A stretch of DNA of 63,030 nucleotides, filler included, from Octopus bimaculoides (GCF_001194135.2; 5 parts of 5 records of this genome joined end to end with filler, not necessarily neighbours in it); one strand, 5' to 3'. Counted from the whole stretch's first letter, positions 49,900-63,028 are shown. A program made the numbers and translations. The notes: generated from the letters alone by a model not told the origin.

Positions 49900-50377
49900 C
49901 AAATCTTCAATGATAATGGACTGAACTGAAGCGTAACTAATCTGCACATATTCTGATAACTCACGGATGGTGATTCGACGATTTCCCCTCACCGCTGCAT
50001 GCACATCTGCGATGTTTTTCTCAGTTCTGCTGGTTGTCAATATCGACATTTTTTCGGCCATCTTGGAAATGTCTGAGCCACTCGTACACTTGTGTGTGGC
50101 TCATACACTCCTTTCCATACACCTTCTGCAACTTTGCGTAGGCCTCTGAGCAGGTATCACCATGACAACGTTCTCTGTCATGGTCAAGGCAACGATCACA
50201 CGCTACACATGTTCCTTCCAAGCACTGCTGTAAACAGCGGAAGTGAGCTAGAACGTTAAAACTTAGCGCGCATGCACAGCAAATTTCAAGGTCAATCTTT
50301 GCCTAGTGGCTTCACTCTGCGTGCTTTAGCTTTGTTATTATGACAACAGTCCGGATACTTATTGATCAGACATCGTA
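49900..50377 (-). mobile_element. Mariner transposon 5-prime end with TIR and a broken N-terminal HTH of transposase
   Basis: TIR TACGATGTCTGATCAATAAGTATCCGGACTG. Peptides SEAYAKLQKVYGKECMSHTQVYEWLRHFQDGR and VRGNRRITIRELSEYVQISYASVQSII match the Mos1-like paired HTH. Confidence 0.9.
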
Positions 50378-51368
50378 TCAGTGTACAAATTAAAAGAAAA
50401 AGTTTGGGGTTTATGTGGCTGAGTCAAACAGAAAATTAAGTTGGACAACTATCAACATAAACATTAAACTGAGTAAACATACATATATACACGTCTATAT
50501 TTACATGGGTATATTTTTATGGAACTGTACTTTATGTAATTGTCCGTAATTTCCCTCTCACTTATATGTTTACATTCTGCATCTTTTTCTAAATCTTCAA
50601 GTGATACGAACTATTACTGAAAGCTATTGCGCTTTAACGCGTTGGCACATCGCGGTATCTGGTTTGCATGGCTGATGTTCAATTTGTTCTTTTCCTAATC
50701 GTTTCCATGTTCCACTTCAGTGTTCACTACTATTATTGCTCGCCGATCGATGTTTTTCCTCCTATCTCTATGATGACTGTCTTTTCCTCCTGCCTAATCA
50801 TCCCCTTTTTTCTCATTTTTTTCTTTCTCTCTTGGTCTCCCTGACACTATTTCTCTCGTCTTGATCATTATTTTTATCCTCCTCTCTCGTTCTCTCTACT
50901 CTCTTTCACTCTTACACTTCCTTCTTTCTGTTCCTCTCTTATATTTTCTCTACCTTCTTCTCTCGTATCTTGCTGCTGCTATTGATGCTTCTGCAAGGCT
51001 AATCTCAAAGTTCTTATCCATTTTCTTTTTTCTTATCACAAACGTCGCTGATGTCAGAGATTCTTAAATTTCTCTCTTTTTTCTTGTTTAACTTGATTAT
51101 ACTGAGACGAAAGTTCCCTTATTTTCTTTTGTGTTCTTACACGGTGAGTCTCTTGCTTTTTTTATGCCTTGTAGAAAGACTGCTATAATGCATACATACA
51201 CACATGCATACATACATACATGCATACATACATACATACATACATACATACATACATACATACATACATAGACACACACACATACATACAATCACACACA
51301 GTCACACATATACAGTAGTTCATAAATCCGAAAAGAAGCATACCCTAAAACTTTATGAACGGTCAGAA

Positions 51369-51501
51369 CAGTGTTTCGCAACCTTTTTACCCTTGCGTAA
51401 CCCTTAAAATAAATTACATATCTCAAGGAACCCCTGTACAAAAACAACAAAAAATTATATTCCATATCTTTCTCATATTTTTTCATCGTAGTTCACGTGT
51501 T

Positions 51502-51541
<40 letters not shown>

Positions 51542-52109
51542 GTTGTCATATGTTTTTGATAATATAATTGTTTAGATCGGATTATGTCTGTATTACGATA
51601 TTACAATAACAAATAATGCCACTCCGTCCGTTACGACGACGAGGGTTCCAGTTGATCCATCCGATCAACGGAACAACCTGAGCACTTCTCAGACATGTGT
51701 ACCCTTAACGTAGTTCTCGGGAGATTCAACGTGACACTGTGTGACAAGGCTGGCCCTTTGAAATACAGGTACAACAGAAACAGGAAGAAAGAGTGAAAGT
51801 TGTGGTGAAAGAGCACAGCAGGGTTCACCACCACTCCCTGTCGGAGCCTCGTGGAACTTTAGGTGTTTTCGCTCAATAAACACTCACAATGCCCGGTCTG
51901 GGAATCGAAACCGCGATCCTACGACCGCGAGTCCGCTGCCCTAACCACTGGGCCATTGCGCCTTCACGATAACCAATAATATGTTGTGCATGTATAGTAA
52001 TATTACGATCATGAAATTAGCATTGGCTAATCTCATTCTTTCTTGTGGAACCCATAGGAAGCTTTTGCGGAACCCTAGGGTTCCGGGGAACTCCGATTGA
52101 GAAACGCTA
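51369..52109. mobile_element. hAT (Charlie-like) non-autonomous element interrupted by a SINE
   Basis: Ends are CAGTGTTTCGCAACC and GATTGAGAAACGCTA, with subterminal GGAACCCTAGGGTTCC. The degenerate 8-bp TSD is GGTCAGAA/GGTCAAAG. Confidence 0.7.
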
Positions 52110-52131
52110 GGTCAAAGTGATCATTGCTATA

Positions 52132-52489
52132 AGGTTCTTAGCGGTATAGGTGACTTTTCAGACTTGATAGCAGAAGGCACATAATCTCTCTATAACTGGA
52201 GGTAGGAAAGAGTTTTGGTCAGCTGGAACTGTAAAGAAAAAATTCCGACACGAAATTCTACCGTTAGACTATTCGGAGCGGAAAGTGGAGGGTGGCGTGA
52301 TGACAAGATGGAGTTATCTTCCTTACTTCGCTTCCAATTGTGTCTGAAAAGGGTCAGTATATGGATAATTACTTTTCACTAGACGGCAAGCGAAGAATTT
52401 TATGATGGGGCCACTGACTAAAAATTTTGGAGTTTAAGTAGGGAAGTTATGTGCCTCTGCCAACGAGTTACGTATACCGCTAAGAACCT
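52132..52489. mobile_element. Unclassified MITE with TA target duplication
   Basis: TA|AGGTTCTTAGCGGTATA ... TATACCGCTAAGAACCT|TA, plus a second inner inverted segment (GGCACATAA/TTATGTGCC). Confidence 0.75.
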
Positions 52490-52974
52490 TAGAGGTAGGG
52501 AAGCAATGGTCAATCTCTGACTGGCCATGAAGTTTTAGAGTATGCTTCTTTTCGGAAGTATATACTCATCTTTGAAGTACACGCACACACACACACACAC
52601 ACACATACACACACACGTTAACCAAATAAGGGAAGTGAGAGATGTTTATTCCATTTGTTGACAGCTGTTTCGTAATCTATGTCCAGTTACATCAGCGGTG
52701 CTAAATCGTTCATCTTACATATAAATAAATATATAGAGAGAAACACATATATGCATATAAACATAATTGTACTGTAACATAATCATGATAAGTGAATATC
52801 AGTGTTCTAATGTTTCATTTACACAGCTTTTTTGGACAAAGTTCATTTTCTCTCAGCCTCCAGGTCAGCCCTATGTCGAACCTAACATCTTTTTCCAGGG
52901 TACAAGGTTGGATGTAATCGACTCTTTCGTCTCTCTAAAACTGAATTTCTTGATTCTGAAAGAAATCTGAGATC

Positions 52975-53340
52975 GAAAGGCCAACAAAATATTCGAAAAT
53001 CGTGTCTAGTCTGATAGAAGCATCACCACCAAAGCCAAACTCAGCATCTATGAATCATGCGTTTTAACTACCATTTTATACTCTTCTGGGACTTGAACTA
53101 TCGTCGTCACATCAAGGTTTTGGAAAGATTCCATCAAACGTGCTTTAGCAGGATCTTAAACAACAAATGGTAGTTTCTAACACCTGACATCGTTCTTCTT
53201 CAGCAAGCCAACACATCCGGCATTGAAATGCTTTTCATACACAATCAGATGAATTGAGTTGGGCGCCTTAGTAGGATGCAGGATGACAGGTTACCTAAGG
53301 AGTTGTTTTACGGGGAGTTTCCACGTGATAAACGTCCTTT
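52975..53340 (+). mobile_element. RTE-BovB-like LINE RT C-terminal remnant
   Basis: TKAKLSIYESCVLTTILYSS, HIKVLERFHQTCFSRIL and DDRLPKELFYGE. Confidence 0.8.
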
Positions 53341-53448
53341 TCTTTCTTTCGCGTGTAACAACTAACTTGTATAAGCACACACCAGGAGATTTTGTGCGCG
53401 TGCGCGTGTGTGTGCGTGCATACATATATATATATACATTTGTATATA

Positions 53449-53867
53449 CAGTAGAACCTCGGTTTTCGAACAACTCTGATCACGAATAAATGGTACTTTA
53501 TCTCTTGCCTTTCTCATATTCATTTAATACAGTAGTACCTCCGTTTACGAACGCCTCTGATCACGAATAAATCGTGCTTTAAATATATATATNNNNNNNN
53601 NNNNNNNNNNNNNNNNNNNNNNNNNNNNNNNNNNNNNNNNNNNNNNNNNNNNNNNNNNNNNNNNNNNNNNNNNNNNNNNNNNNNNNNNNNNNNNNNNNNN
53701 NNNNNNNNNNNNNNNNNNNNNNNNNNNNNNNNNNNNNNNNNNNNNNNNNNNNNNNNNNNNNNNNNNNNNNNNNNNNNNNNNNNNNNNNNNNNNNNNNNNN
53801 NNNNNNNNNNNNNNNNNNNNCACGATTTATTCGCGATCAGAGTTGTTCGAAAACCGAGGTACTACTG
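53449..53867. mobile_element. Tigger/pogo-type MITE(s) inserted at TA in the left pLTR
   Basis: TA|CAGTAGAACCTCGGTTTTCGAAC at 53449, a second left-end-like CAGTAGTACCTC at 53530, and right end GTTCGAAAACCGAGGTACTACTG|TA at 53867. The interior is gapped. Confidence 0.8.
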
Positions 53868-54399
53868 TATTTATGTCTTGCCTATATATGTCTGTATATG
53901 TATGCATCCATGTACCTGCGTCGGTATGTTTTGTGTATATGCGTATATTATAGATTGTTTGGTATATGTATATATTGCTAAATGTATATGTAATCTAGTG
54001 TCAAATTTGTTTAATCGATATATCTTTTAATTTATTAATTTATTATTATTTTTACAGCTGATTATTTTCCCTGGGTATTCAGGCCTTTTCCTTCTTTAAA
54101 AGCTGTTTTTGATTTAAGGTTTTCTTCAATTTTTATAATAATAACATTTTAAACCGCAATTTGTTATTTCATGCAACCGGTTATTGAAAAGACCGTTAGT
54201 TGAAGGGACCAACTTTATCTTGGTCCATTCTAAACAAAACTCTCCGACGAATGAGAACGTGAAACTCCGAGTAACAATTTTTGTGATATTACTCTACCTC
54301 TGGTATTCGAGTACTATTTTTTCACATTTATGTGCTTACTCTGGTGTAACTCGCTCCTTTTTTAGAAAGTCTGAACGACTCTCCACAAGTAGGAAGAAG

Positions 54400-56370
54400 A
54401 AACAGCTGAAAGAAATGGAACTTTACCCATTGGATTTTTCTCTAAAAGATATATTCATTCCGACACAGAAGCAATACCTCAAGAGTCTTATCGAAAAAAC
54501 GGTTGAATTTATCCGAAGAATGAGATGGAAAGCCTTCTTCTTTGATACAAAGCAGAAATCTAACGGAAGCAAATAATGAACTCGTATAAGATCTTCGTAA
54601 ACTCCGACAAGACAAAAAACTTATACGCAGTTGACAAAGATGTCTACTTTCGAACAGCATCGCAGACACCTACAAAAAAGATAACACAAATTTATATAAA
54701 GTGGTGAATTTGGAGGCAAGAAGAATTGCTAACAACTTTAGAGTTAGTGATAGGATAGAATACCTCCCCCACGCCAACCCTTTATTACCCTAAAAGACGA
54801 CAAAGCTAATTTCAATAAAAAACCCTAAATGTAGACTAATTAACCCAGCTAAAACTGAAATAGGCATTATTAGCAAATATATTTTAGATCGTATTTTAAG
54901 CAAGTTAAATAGTGAATAAAATTTATGGATTTGGAAAATAGCAAGTCGGTGATAGATTGGTTCAAAGAGATTAACCATAAGAATGATTGCAAATTTACGC
55001 AGTTTGATATTGTCGATTTTTATCTAGGTCTTTGCTTCTAAAAGCATTGGACTTCGCCAAGCAATATGTCACCATCGATAGCTCAGAAATAGATACTATC
55101 CTGCATGCAAGGAAATCCATTCTTTTTTACAAGTATTCCATCTGGGTTAAAAAGAGAGGATTCTCTTTTCGATGTACCGATGGGGGAATATAATGGGGTG
55201 GACTTAGATATACTTATAGGAACTTATATTTTGCATAATCTGCATCTAGAATTCCCTTTTATTGATTATAGATAAGATACAGGGATGACGGTCATATAGT
55301 CATCCATAATTTAAACGGTCATGAGTTAGATAAACTTAGGAAGAATCTGATTACTTTCTTCCAAAGAATGAGCTTGTGGACTACGATAGAAAGTAACCTT
55401 AATAACGTAGTTTTTTAGATATCAACTTAGATTTGCAATTATATAAATTTAAACCTTACTGTAAGTCCAATGAAAAGCTATGTTATATTAGCAAAAAATC
55501 TAATCATCCACCCGTAATTCTTAAGAATCTAGTTAGTAATGTAGGAAGGCGAATATCATCAATTTCTTCAGATAAGACAGCATTTCAAAATGCTGTGCCG
55601 TATTACAATAATACATTTAAGAAGAGTGGATTCTCGGAGAAGATCAGTATAATCAAGCTAATTCTAACAATAACAGACCACGTAGAACTAGAACTAGGAA
55701 AGTTTTGTGGTTTAACCCCGCATCTAATATTGCCGTAAAAACTAATATAGGTAGGGAATTCTTAAAATTAGTTTCTAAACAGTTTCAATCTAGCCATACG
55801 TTCTATAGAATTTTTAATAGGAGAACACTGAAAGTTAGCTATTCTTGTTGCAAAAACTTCGCCTCTTTATTAACCAGCGAAATACGAAAATTATTACAAA
55901 CAACTACAATATCGAATAAAATCTGAGGAACTGCAACTTCAAAGATAAGATTTGCTGTCCGTTGGAAGGTAAATGTCTTGAAAAAGGAACTGTTTATAGA
56001 GCTAAAGTGCAAGTAGATGGCATTCAAGAATATAAAACATACATAGGGGCTGCGGAGAATTCATTCAAGACTCAATTCTCTTCCCACCGAAATTCTTTCC
56101 GATACTCCGAGAATAGGACAGCAACGAATCTTGCAAAACATGTCTGAGAATTGAAAGAGAATGACACTCACCCTTCAATGTAACCGGGGAAATTCTAGAA
56201 AAAGCATCATCATACAGACATGGAGCTTATAAAAGACCTATGAAATATAATCTTTGCCTCTCAGAAAAGTTCTTCATTCTGTTCCAGGATAAACATGCTT
56301 TGAACCAGAGATGCGAGCTCTTAAATTCTTGCAAGCCCGCCGCGAGGTTTAAAATGCCAACCGATAAAAT
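54400..56370 (+). pseudogene. Disrupted RT/GIY-YIG ORF of the Penelope-like element
   Basis: Multi-frame motifs: [29 protein letters not shown]-like, YISKKSNHPP, WFNP, IFNRRTLKVSYSC, CPLEGKCL, KTYIGAAENSFK. Many stops and frameshifts. Confidence 0.85.
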
Positions 56371-57621
56371 ACCATCTGGATAAAATGTTTTGACTTCCGG
56401 AAAAGTTTGACTGTCGCATTTGAATTTGACTTTACACCTTACAGTTATTTTGTATTACAATGCTAGTGCATATTTCGACTTTACTTTTAAGAAAGCCTTC
56501 GACTGTTTTACAAATTTAAGCTTAAGCTTCGCCGAGGTTTATTTTCATTGCTTATTCACGCATTTAATTATGTTATATCAATTTATTGCGCAATTTCCTA
56601 ACCATTTAACATTTTAATATTATATATACCAGACAGTTTTTTAAATTGTTTGCGTATACACGTAATGATGTATATATTTATCTTGATGTGAAGACATGTT
56701 TCTAAATATTTATGTGTATGTATGTATATGTGTATATACATTTATATATGTGGGTATGTATTTGCGTACATAATTTTTTGCATATTTGTATGCCTGTCTA
56801 TATGTGTGTGTATTTGTATGTATGTTTGTATTTATGTAGTTATACATGTAATTTTATGTGTGCATTTTTATATGTGTACGTTTCGCTGAAATAAGTATCT
56901 AACCTTCATTCGATACCTTTCGAACGCCATCATTTCACTCTCTCTACCTCTATCTGTTTTTCCCTTTCTCTCTCTAATTTTCTGTTTCTGTTTCTTTTAT
57001 TTCTTTTTCTTCTTTTCCCCTCTTTTCTCCACCCCCCCTTGTTATTCTCTGATCTTTTTCGTTTTCTTTCTTTCACCTGTAACAACTAACTTCTAAAAGC
57101 ACACACCAAGAGATTTTGTGCGTTTGTGTGTGTATGTGTGTGTGTGTGTGTATGTGTGTGTGTGTGTGCGCGCGTGCGCGCGTGCATATATATATATATA
57201 TGCATTTGTATATATTTATGTCTTGCCTTTATATGTCTGTATATGTATGTAGCCATGTACCTGCGTCGGTATGTTTAGTGTATATACGTATATTATAGAT
57301 TGTTTGGTATGTGTATATATTGTTAAATGTATTTGTAATCTAGCATGAAATTTTTTAAACGGATATATCCTTTAATTTATTAATTTATTATTATTTTTAC
57401 AGCTAATTATATTCACTGGGTATTCAGGCCTTTTCCTTCTTTAAAAGCTGTTTTTGATTTAAGGTTTTCTTCAATTTTTATAATAATATGATTTTAAACC
57501 GCAATTTGTTATTTCATGCAACCGGTTATTGAAAAGACCGTTAGTTGAAAGGACCAATGAAACAAAACCATTTTCAAATGTGTAACTATATATGCATATA
57601 ACTTTATCCTGCCCCATTCTA

Positions 57622-58418
57622 GGATCTTTTTGGTTTGACGGGCAACACTTGTTTTCTTAACGAAACACTTTCAAACTTGGGATACTGGTAGAATGTGTCA
57701 TATAAAACAACTTTTTCTCTTAGCCTTCTTAACAAAAAATTGTACATCGCAAGTTATTTCATGTTAAACTTGTCGTATTTCTGTAATTTCAACCAATCAC
57801 TGACGTCTATTTAGCTGAATACAGTTACTGCTGTTTTTGTAAACAATAATTTTTGCCGGTGTCAAGAGGGTTCGAGTTTTAGAGTTAGGGTTAAGGTTTT
57901 AGGGTTAGGGTTGGGGTTAGGGTTAGGGTTATGGTTATGAGTTATAGGGTTATAGGGTTAGGGTTAGGGTTATGAGTGAGGTTATGGCAAAAATAATCAT
58001 AACCCTAACCGTAACCCTAAAACTAACCCTAACTCTAAAACACGAACCCTAACCCTAAAACCCTAAAGCAAAAACCAGTACAAACGCACGAACGATGTCA
58101 TAAATAACAGTACCATCGATAGTTGTTGTTGACAAACTACGGCACTAATTTTATTCAAGGGAAAAGATCCCATGACACCGTTAGAACATGTTGTTTACAT
58201 TCCACGGCAGTAATTGTTTTCACCTCAATAGACGTCAGTTATTGGTTGAAATTACCGAAATACGACAATTTTTTACATGAAATAACTTCGAATACAAAAA
58301 ATGTTATCTGTTCTATAACACAAAATATACAAGTATACGAAGTTTGAAAGTGTTTCGGTACCAAAAACACTACATAAAACATAAATGAAAAGTGTTGCCC
58401 GTCAAATCAGAAAGATCC
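57622..58418. mobile_element. Non-autonomous DNA transposon (long TIRs, 8-bp TSD) containing inverted telomeric repeats
   Basis: Outer TIRs are 27/29 identical (GGATCTTT..GACGGGCAACACTT). Inner arms are 57751-57811 and 58227-58288. The TSD CCATTCTA lies at 57614-57621 and 58419-58426. Confidence 0.9.
57866..58066. repeat. Degenerate (TTAGGG)n followed by (CCCTAA)n interstitial telomere-like repeats
   Basis: Read directly: a G-rich tract to about 57985, a short AT spacer, then a C-rich tract at about 57999-58066. Confidence 0.9.
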
Positions 58419-58729
58419 CCATTCTAAACAAACTCTCCGACGTATGGGAGCGGGAAACTCTGAGTAACAGTTTNNNNNNNNNNNNNNNNNNNNNNNNNNN
58501 NNNNNNNNNNNNNNNNNTTAATTAATTAANNNNNNNNNNNNNNNNNNNNNNNNNNNNNNNNNNNNNNNNNNNNGTTTACCTACCGCGGTTCATCTATCGC
58601 GATTTATTATTTAAGCTTACTTCGATTCCTCTGTGGTGTTGTTTTGTATTTATGATTAAAAAAATATATACAAATTACAAAAATAATACATTTTTCATTT
58701 TTTCTCTCTTTCTCACTTTCTCTCTCCCT

Positions 58730-58766
<37 letters not shown>

Positions 58767-59802
58767 ACTTTCTCTCTCCCTATTTCTTTCTTTCTCTCTC
58801 TATCTCTCTATTTGTCTCTTTCTTTCTTTTCTTCTCTCTTTCATTTCTGCTAACTATCACGATTTTACCTTTGTAGGTACACTAGGGTATGTTATAGTGC
58901 ACTGGTACTTTTTCTTTCTTTAATTATTAGTACATTAGAGAGAGAAAAAGAGAAAGAGGGAGAGAAAGAGAGATAGAGAACAGTAAAGGGGGGAAAAGGT
59001 AATTAGAGAAAACGATTGGGGAGAAAACAGTATTGAGTAGAGTCGCATCAAAAAGATTAAGATAAACTTACTTGAAAATGGATGCGTGGCGTTCAATCAA
59101 ATAATAATATAATATAATATATTTATAATATAACGTAATATAGTATAGTATAATATAATATAATATAATATAATATAATATAATATACGCACATGCATAT
59201 ATGGGGGCAGGACGTCACCAACAGTAAACAACATGAAATACGACAAAAAATGAGTTCAATACGCTATACATATGCATATATATATGTATGTATTTATATT
59301 CACGTGATTATAGTATATATAACATGCTTGTTGCGTATTATTTTATACATTTACAAGTTGTCATTAAGTTATGACCTTGCTGAGACGCGACCTGCAAGTG
59401 TGTAGTCTTTTTATATCAACGCCATTATTTCAGTTCTTCCTTGTTTTATCGAGATCAGTTTGTGTAAATGCTAAGTTGCGGCACATAAATAGATACACGT
59501 ACGAACACGCACACGCACACACACACGCACATACACACACACATACACACACGCTCACATATACAAAAATAATTATCTATATGAAAGTGTGCAAGTGATT
59601 GTATGCATGCATCTATGTATAAATGTGTGCGCGTATGTGTGTGTTCGTGTGTGTGCGTGTGTGTGTGTCTGTGTGTGTGCGTGTGTGTTTCCTTTTTCTG
59701 TTTTTAATGACCGGCCACCTGCCTCGTAGTAAGGTTGTAAAGGAATGGAATAAAGCATCCTTTAAATCGCAAAAAAGTCTTGCAGATTTTTATTCTCCCA
59801 TT

Positions 59803-59851
<49 letters not shown>

Positions 59852-60456
59852 CATAACGAAGTCTGTGAAACGCTGTTTATTTTATAGGCAGTATTTCAGA
59901 ACATGGATTTGTTGACACTAACGAGAAAAAACTGAAAACACATCGTTCACTTTAAATGCGATCAGAATCGAGAACAATACCAACCGCTTTGATGAAAGAT
60001 GCATCAAGATGTATTTAACAAAGCAATCGAAAGGCGCTATTTTGCGCGGTAAACTGTATTCGTTATTGTGAAGACTCTTTTGTATACAAAATCTATTCAT
60101 GCGTAGAAATTTCATGACGGTAGAGTATATTGTTATTTTTTTTATATATATATTTCAAGGTGTTTGGCGTCATATAATAAATGTCATATATATTTTATAT
60201 TTATTCTCTTGACACTCTGTTTCATATTTTTTTTTTTTTTTTTTTTTNNNNNNNNNNNNNNNNNNNNNNNNNNNNNNNNNNNNNNNNNNNNNNNNNNNNN
60301 NNNNNNNNNNNNNNNNNNNNNNNNNNNNNNNNNNNNNNNNNNNNNNNNNNNNNNNNNNNNNNNNNNNNNNNNNNNNNNNNNNNNNNNNNNNNNGCTGTTA
60401 TTTTTTAAACAAAAATTACCTTTATTAAATGGCAAGGGATATTTTAAGTAAAAGGC

Positions 60457-60520
<64 letters not shown>

Positions 60521-61303
60521 GTTGATGATTATGATGATGGCATTTAGTGATATTTAGTTCCCGACCAAAGCTGATCAAGTAAACCTTTTTGGTTAAAGGT
60601 ACTTCAATGCTTGCCAATGTGTTTAGTTTCTAAGGCTACTTGAGGAAAGCTGTTCCTTCTATTTTCATGACGGTAGGGTGTGCTTTCATGTGATTTGGCT
60701 GCTATTTCTATTGGGTTACCCAAGCAAAGTGTAAACGTTCCTATAGGTATTGACTGAATCGATTGCAAGGATGATAAATAAAACTAAGATCACGATCACT
60801 ACGAGCATTACTATCATCATCATCATCATCATCATCATAGCCATCATCATCATCATCATCAACAACAACAGCAGCAGCAGTGCTTTTGTCATCATTACTT
60901 CTACTGTCTTTGACACCTGTGGAATATGCATTCAAACCCGTGGACTCACTCATCCTGTCCATGACTCTCAGGTGTTTTAACAGCCGGCGCTTTGAGACAG
61001 TAATCCCCACCACATCAAATCGCAGCCTTCCGGCAAATATGCTCTCCCTGTAAATGTTGAGTATGTATGGTCGACACTATTTATCACACTAGTGCTGGTT
61101 CTGTTTCGTATTTGAATTTATTCTTGCGTATGGATTGTCCGGGCATACGAGCACATAGTTTTTACACTATATGCATATAAGTCGTGGAATGGTGGTATGA
61201 TTCATCTCCGATTCGGTTCGGGTACGTGATGTTGACTAGCCACAAAAATGGCGAAACATCAATATCCATCACTCCTGAATGGGATCTGAGTTGAGTTGTC
61301 TCG

Positions 61304-61368
<65 letters not shown>

Positions 61369-61566
61369 GCGCGCGCGTGTACAAAGATGATGAACACAAG
61401 TTTATATCGTTTCTTCACCACGCACGTTTCCTCATTGTGGTTATTTCTCTCTTCTGCAGTGGACATTTCAAGTGCAATTAGATGCTGAATTGTAATATAC
61501 CCCGATGAAAAAGCATAGTATACTGTACACACCTATCTATCTATCTAAGATATATACACACACACA

Positions 61567-61608
<42 letters not shown>

Positions 61609-62061
61609 NNNNNNNNNNNNNNNNNNNNNNNNNNNNNNNNNNNNNNNNNNNNNNNNNNNNNNNNNNNNNNNNNNNNNNNNNNNNNNNNNNNNNNNNNNNN
61701 NNNNNNNNNNNNNNNNNNNNNNNNNNNNNNNNNNNNNNNNNNNNNNNNNNNNNNNNNNNNNNNNNNNNNNNNNNNNNNNNNNNNNNNNNNNNNNNNNNNN
61801 NNNNNNNNNNNNNNNNNNNNNNNNNNNNNNNNNNNNNNNNNNNNNNNNNNNNNNNNNNNNNNNNNNNNNNNNNNNNNNNNNNNNNNNNNNNNNNNNNNNN
61901 NNNNNNNNNNNNNNNNNNNNNNNNNNNNNNNNNNNNNNNNNNNNNNNNNNNNNNTGGAAGAATACCCAATTATTATTGCACTAGTGTTTTTTCATTGCAT
62001 GGCAATTACATTACCAGGTGCAATAAATGGGTAAAGGTAAAAAGATATTTTACCATTAATT

Positions 62062-62377
62062 TATATAGCAATAAGAAAATGGAGGGGATTAATAGGTGGT
62101 ATTCATCAACTTGCAGACATTGTATTGTGTCAATTTACTTGTTTATTTGTTTACTAAAAGGACAATAATAGCAATATACCAACACATGTGATATATTATG
62201 TCATATCAGTAATTAAAAACATGACATAGAGTGACAGAATTACTGATATGTCACATGTGTTTATATATTGTTATTATTGGCCTTTTAGTAAACAAATAAA
62301 CAAGTAAATTGACACAATACTATGTTTGTAAGTTGATGAATACCACCTATTCCCCTCCATTTTCTTATTGCTATATA
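62062..62377. mobile_element. Fold-back MITE with about 115-bp inverted arms, in a TA context
   Basis: TAGCAATAAGAAAATGGAGGGG..GTAAAAGG-type arms are reverse complementary, and the interior has further inverted segments. Confidence 0.85.
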
Positions 62378-62642
62378 TATATATATTGGTACTTCTTTGT
62401 GTCTTTATGTTTATGGACTAAAATAAAAATCTTCGTATACCTCTATACCTCTCACCGTAGTGTTCCGACAAACAGTTATCGATAAAATAAATACCAGACT
62501 GAAGTCTTTAATGGAAGTTGTTATCATCGACGAAACACTTGAAAGCAGAGCCCAGCATGACATCGCCTCTGTCCAATAATGGAGACAAAAAATGGATATG
62601 CATACGCGGGTATATACTTACACTCATACACACATATAAGCA

Positions 62643-62690
<48 letters not shown>

Positions 62691-62792
62691 CATATATATA
62701 TATATGTGTGTGTGTGCATATATATATATATATAAGTATGCAAAAGTATATATATGTATATATATACATATATATATATGCATATATGCATA

Positions 62793-62824
<32 letters not shown>

Positions 62825-62878
62825 CATATATATATACATACATACATATATATATATGTGTATATATATATATACATG

Positions 62879-63028
62879 TGGTTGGCGTTAGGAAGGGCAT
62901 CCAGCTATAGAAACTCTGCCAAATCAGATTCGAGGCTGGTGTTGCCATCTGGTTTCACCAGTCCTCAGTCAAATCGTCCAACCCATGCTAGCATGGAAAG
63001 CGGACGTTAAACGACGATGATGATGATA
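62879..63028 (+). mobile_element. RTE-type LINE/SINE 3-prime tail
   Basis: GGAAGGGCATCCAGC..ACCCATGCTAGCATGGAAAGCGGACGTTAAACGACGATGATG. A related minus-strand copy is at about 26577-26830. Confidence 0.7.

Larger units (their letters stand above)
53340..58473 (+). mobile_element. Near full-length degenerate Penelope-like element (resembles the Hydra clade) with long direct terminal repeats (pLTRs)
   Basis: The internal ORF has RT and C-terminal GIY-YIG motifs. About 53340-54280 is repeated at about 57063-58473 once the inserted MITEs are removed. Confidence 0.85.

Noticed and set aside
57866-58066. Relic of an ancestral chromosome end-to-end fusion
   Set aside because: The tract lies inside TIRs with an exact 8-bp TSD, and an empty site is visible in the other pLTR, so it arrived by transposition.
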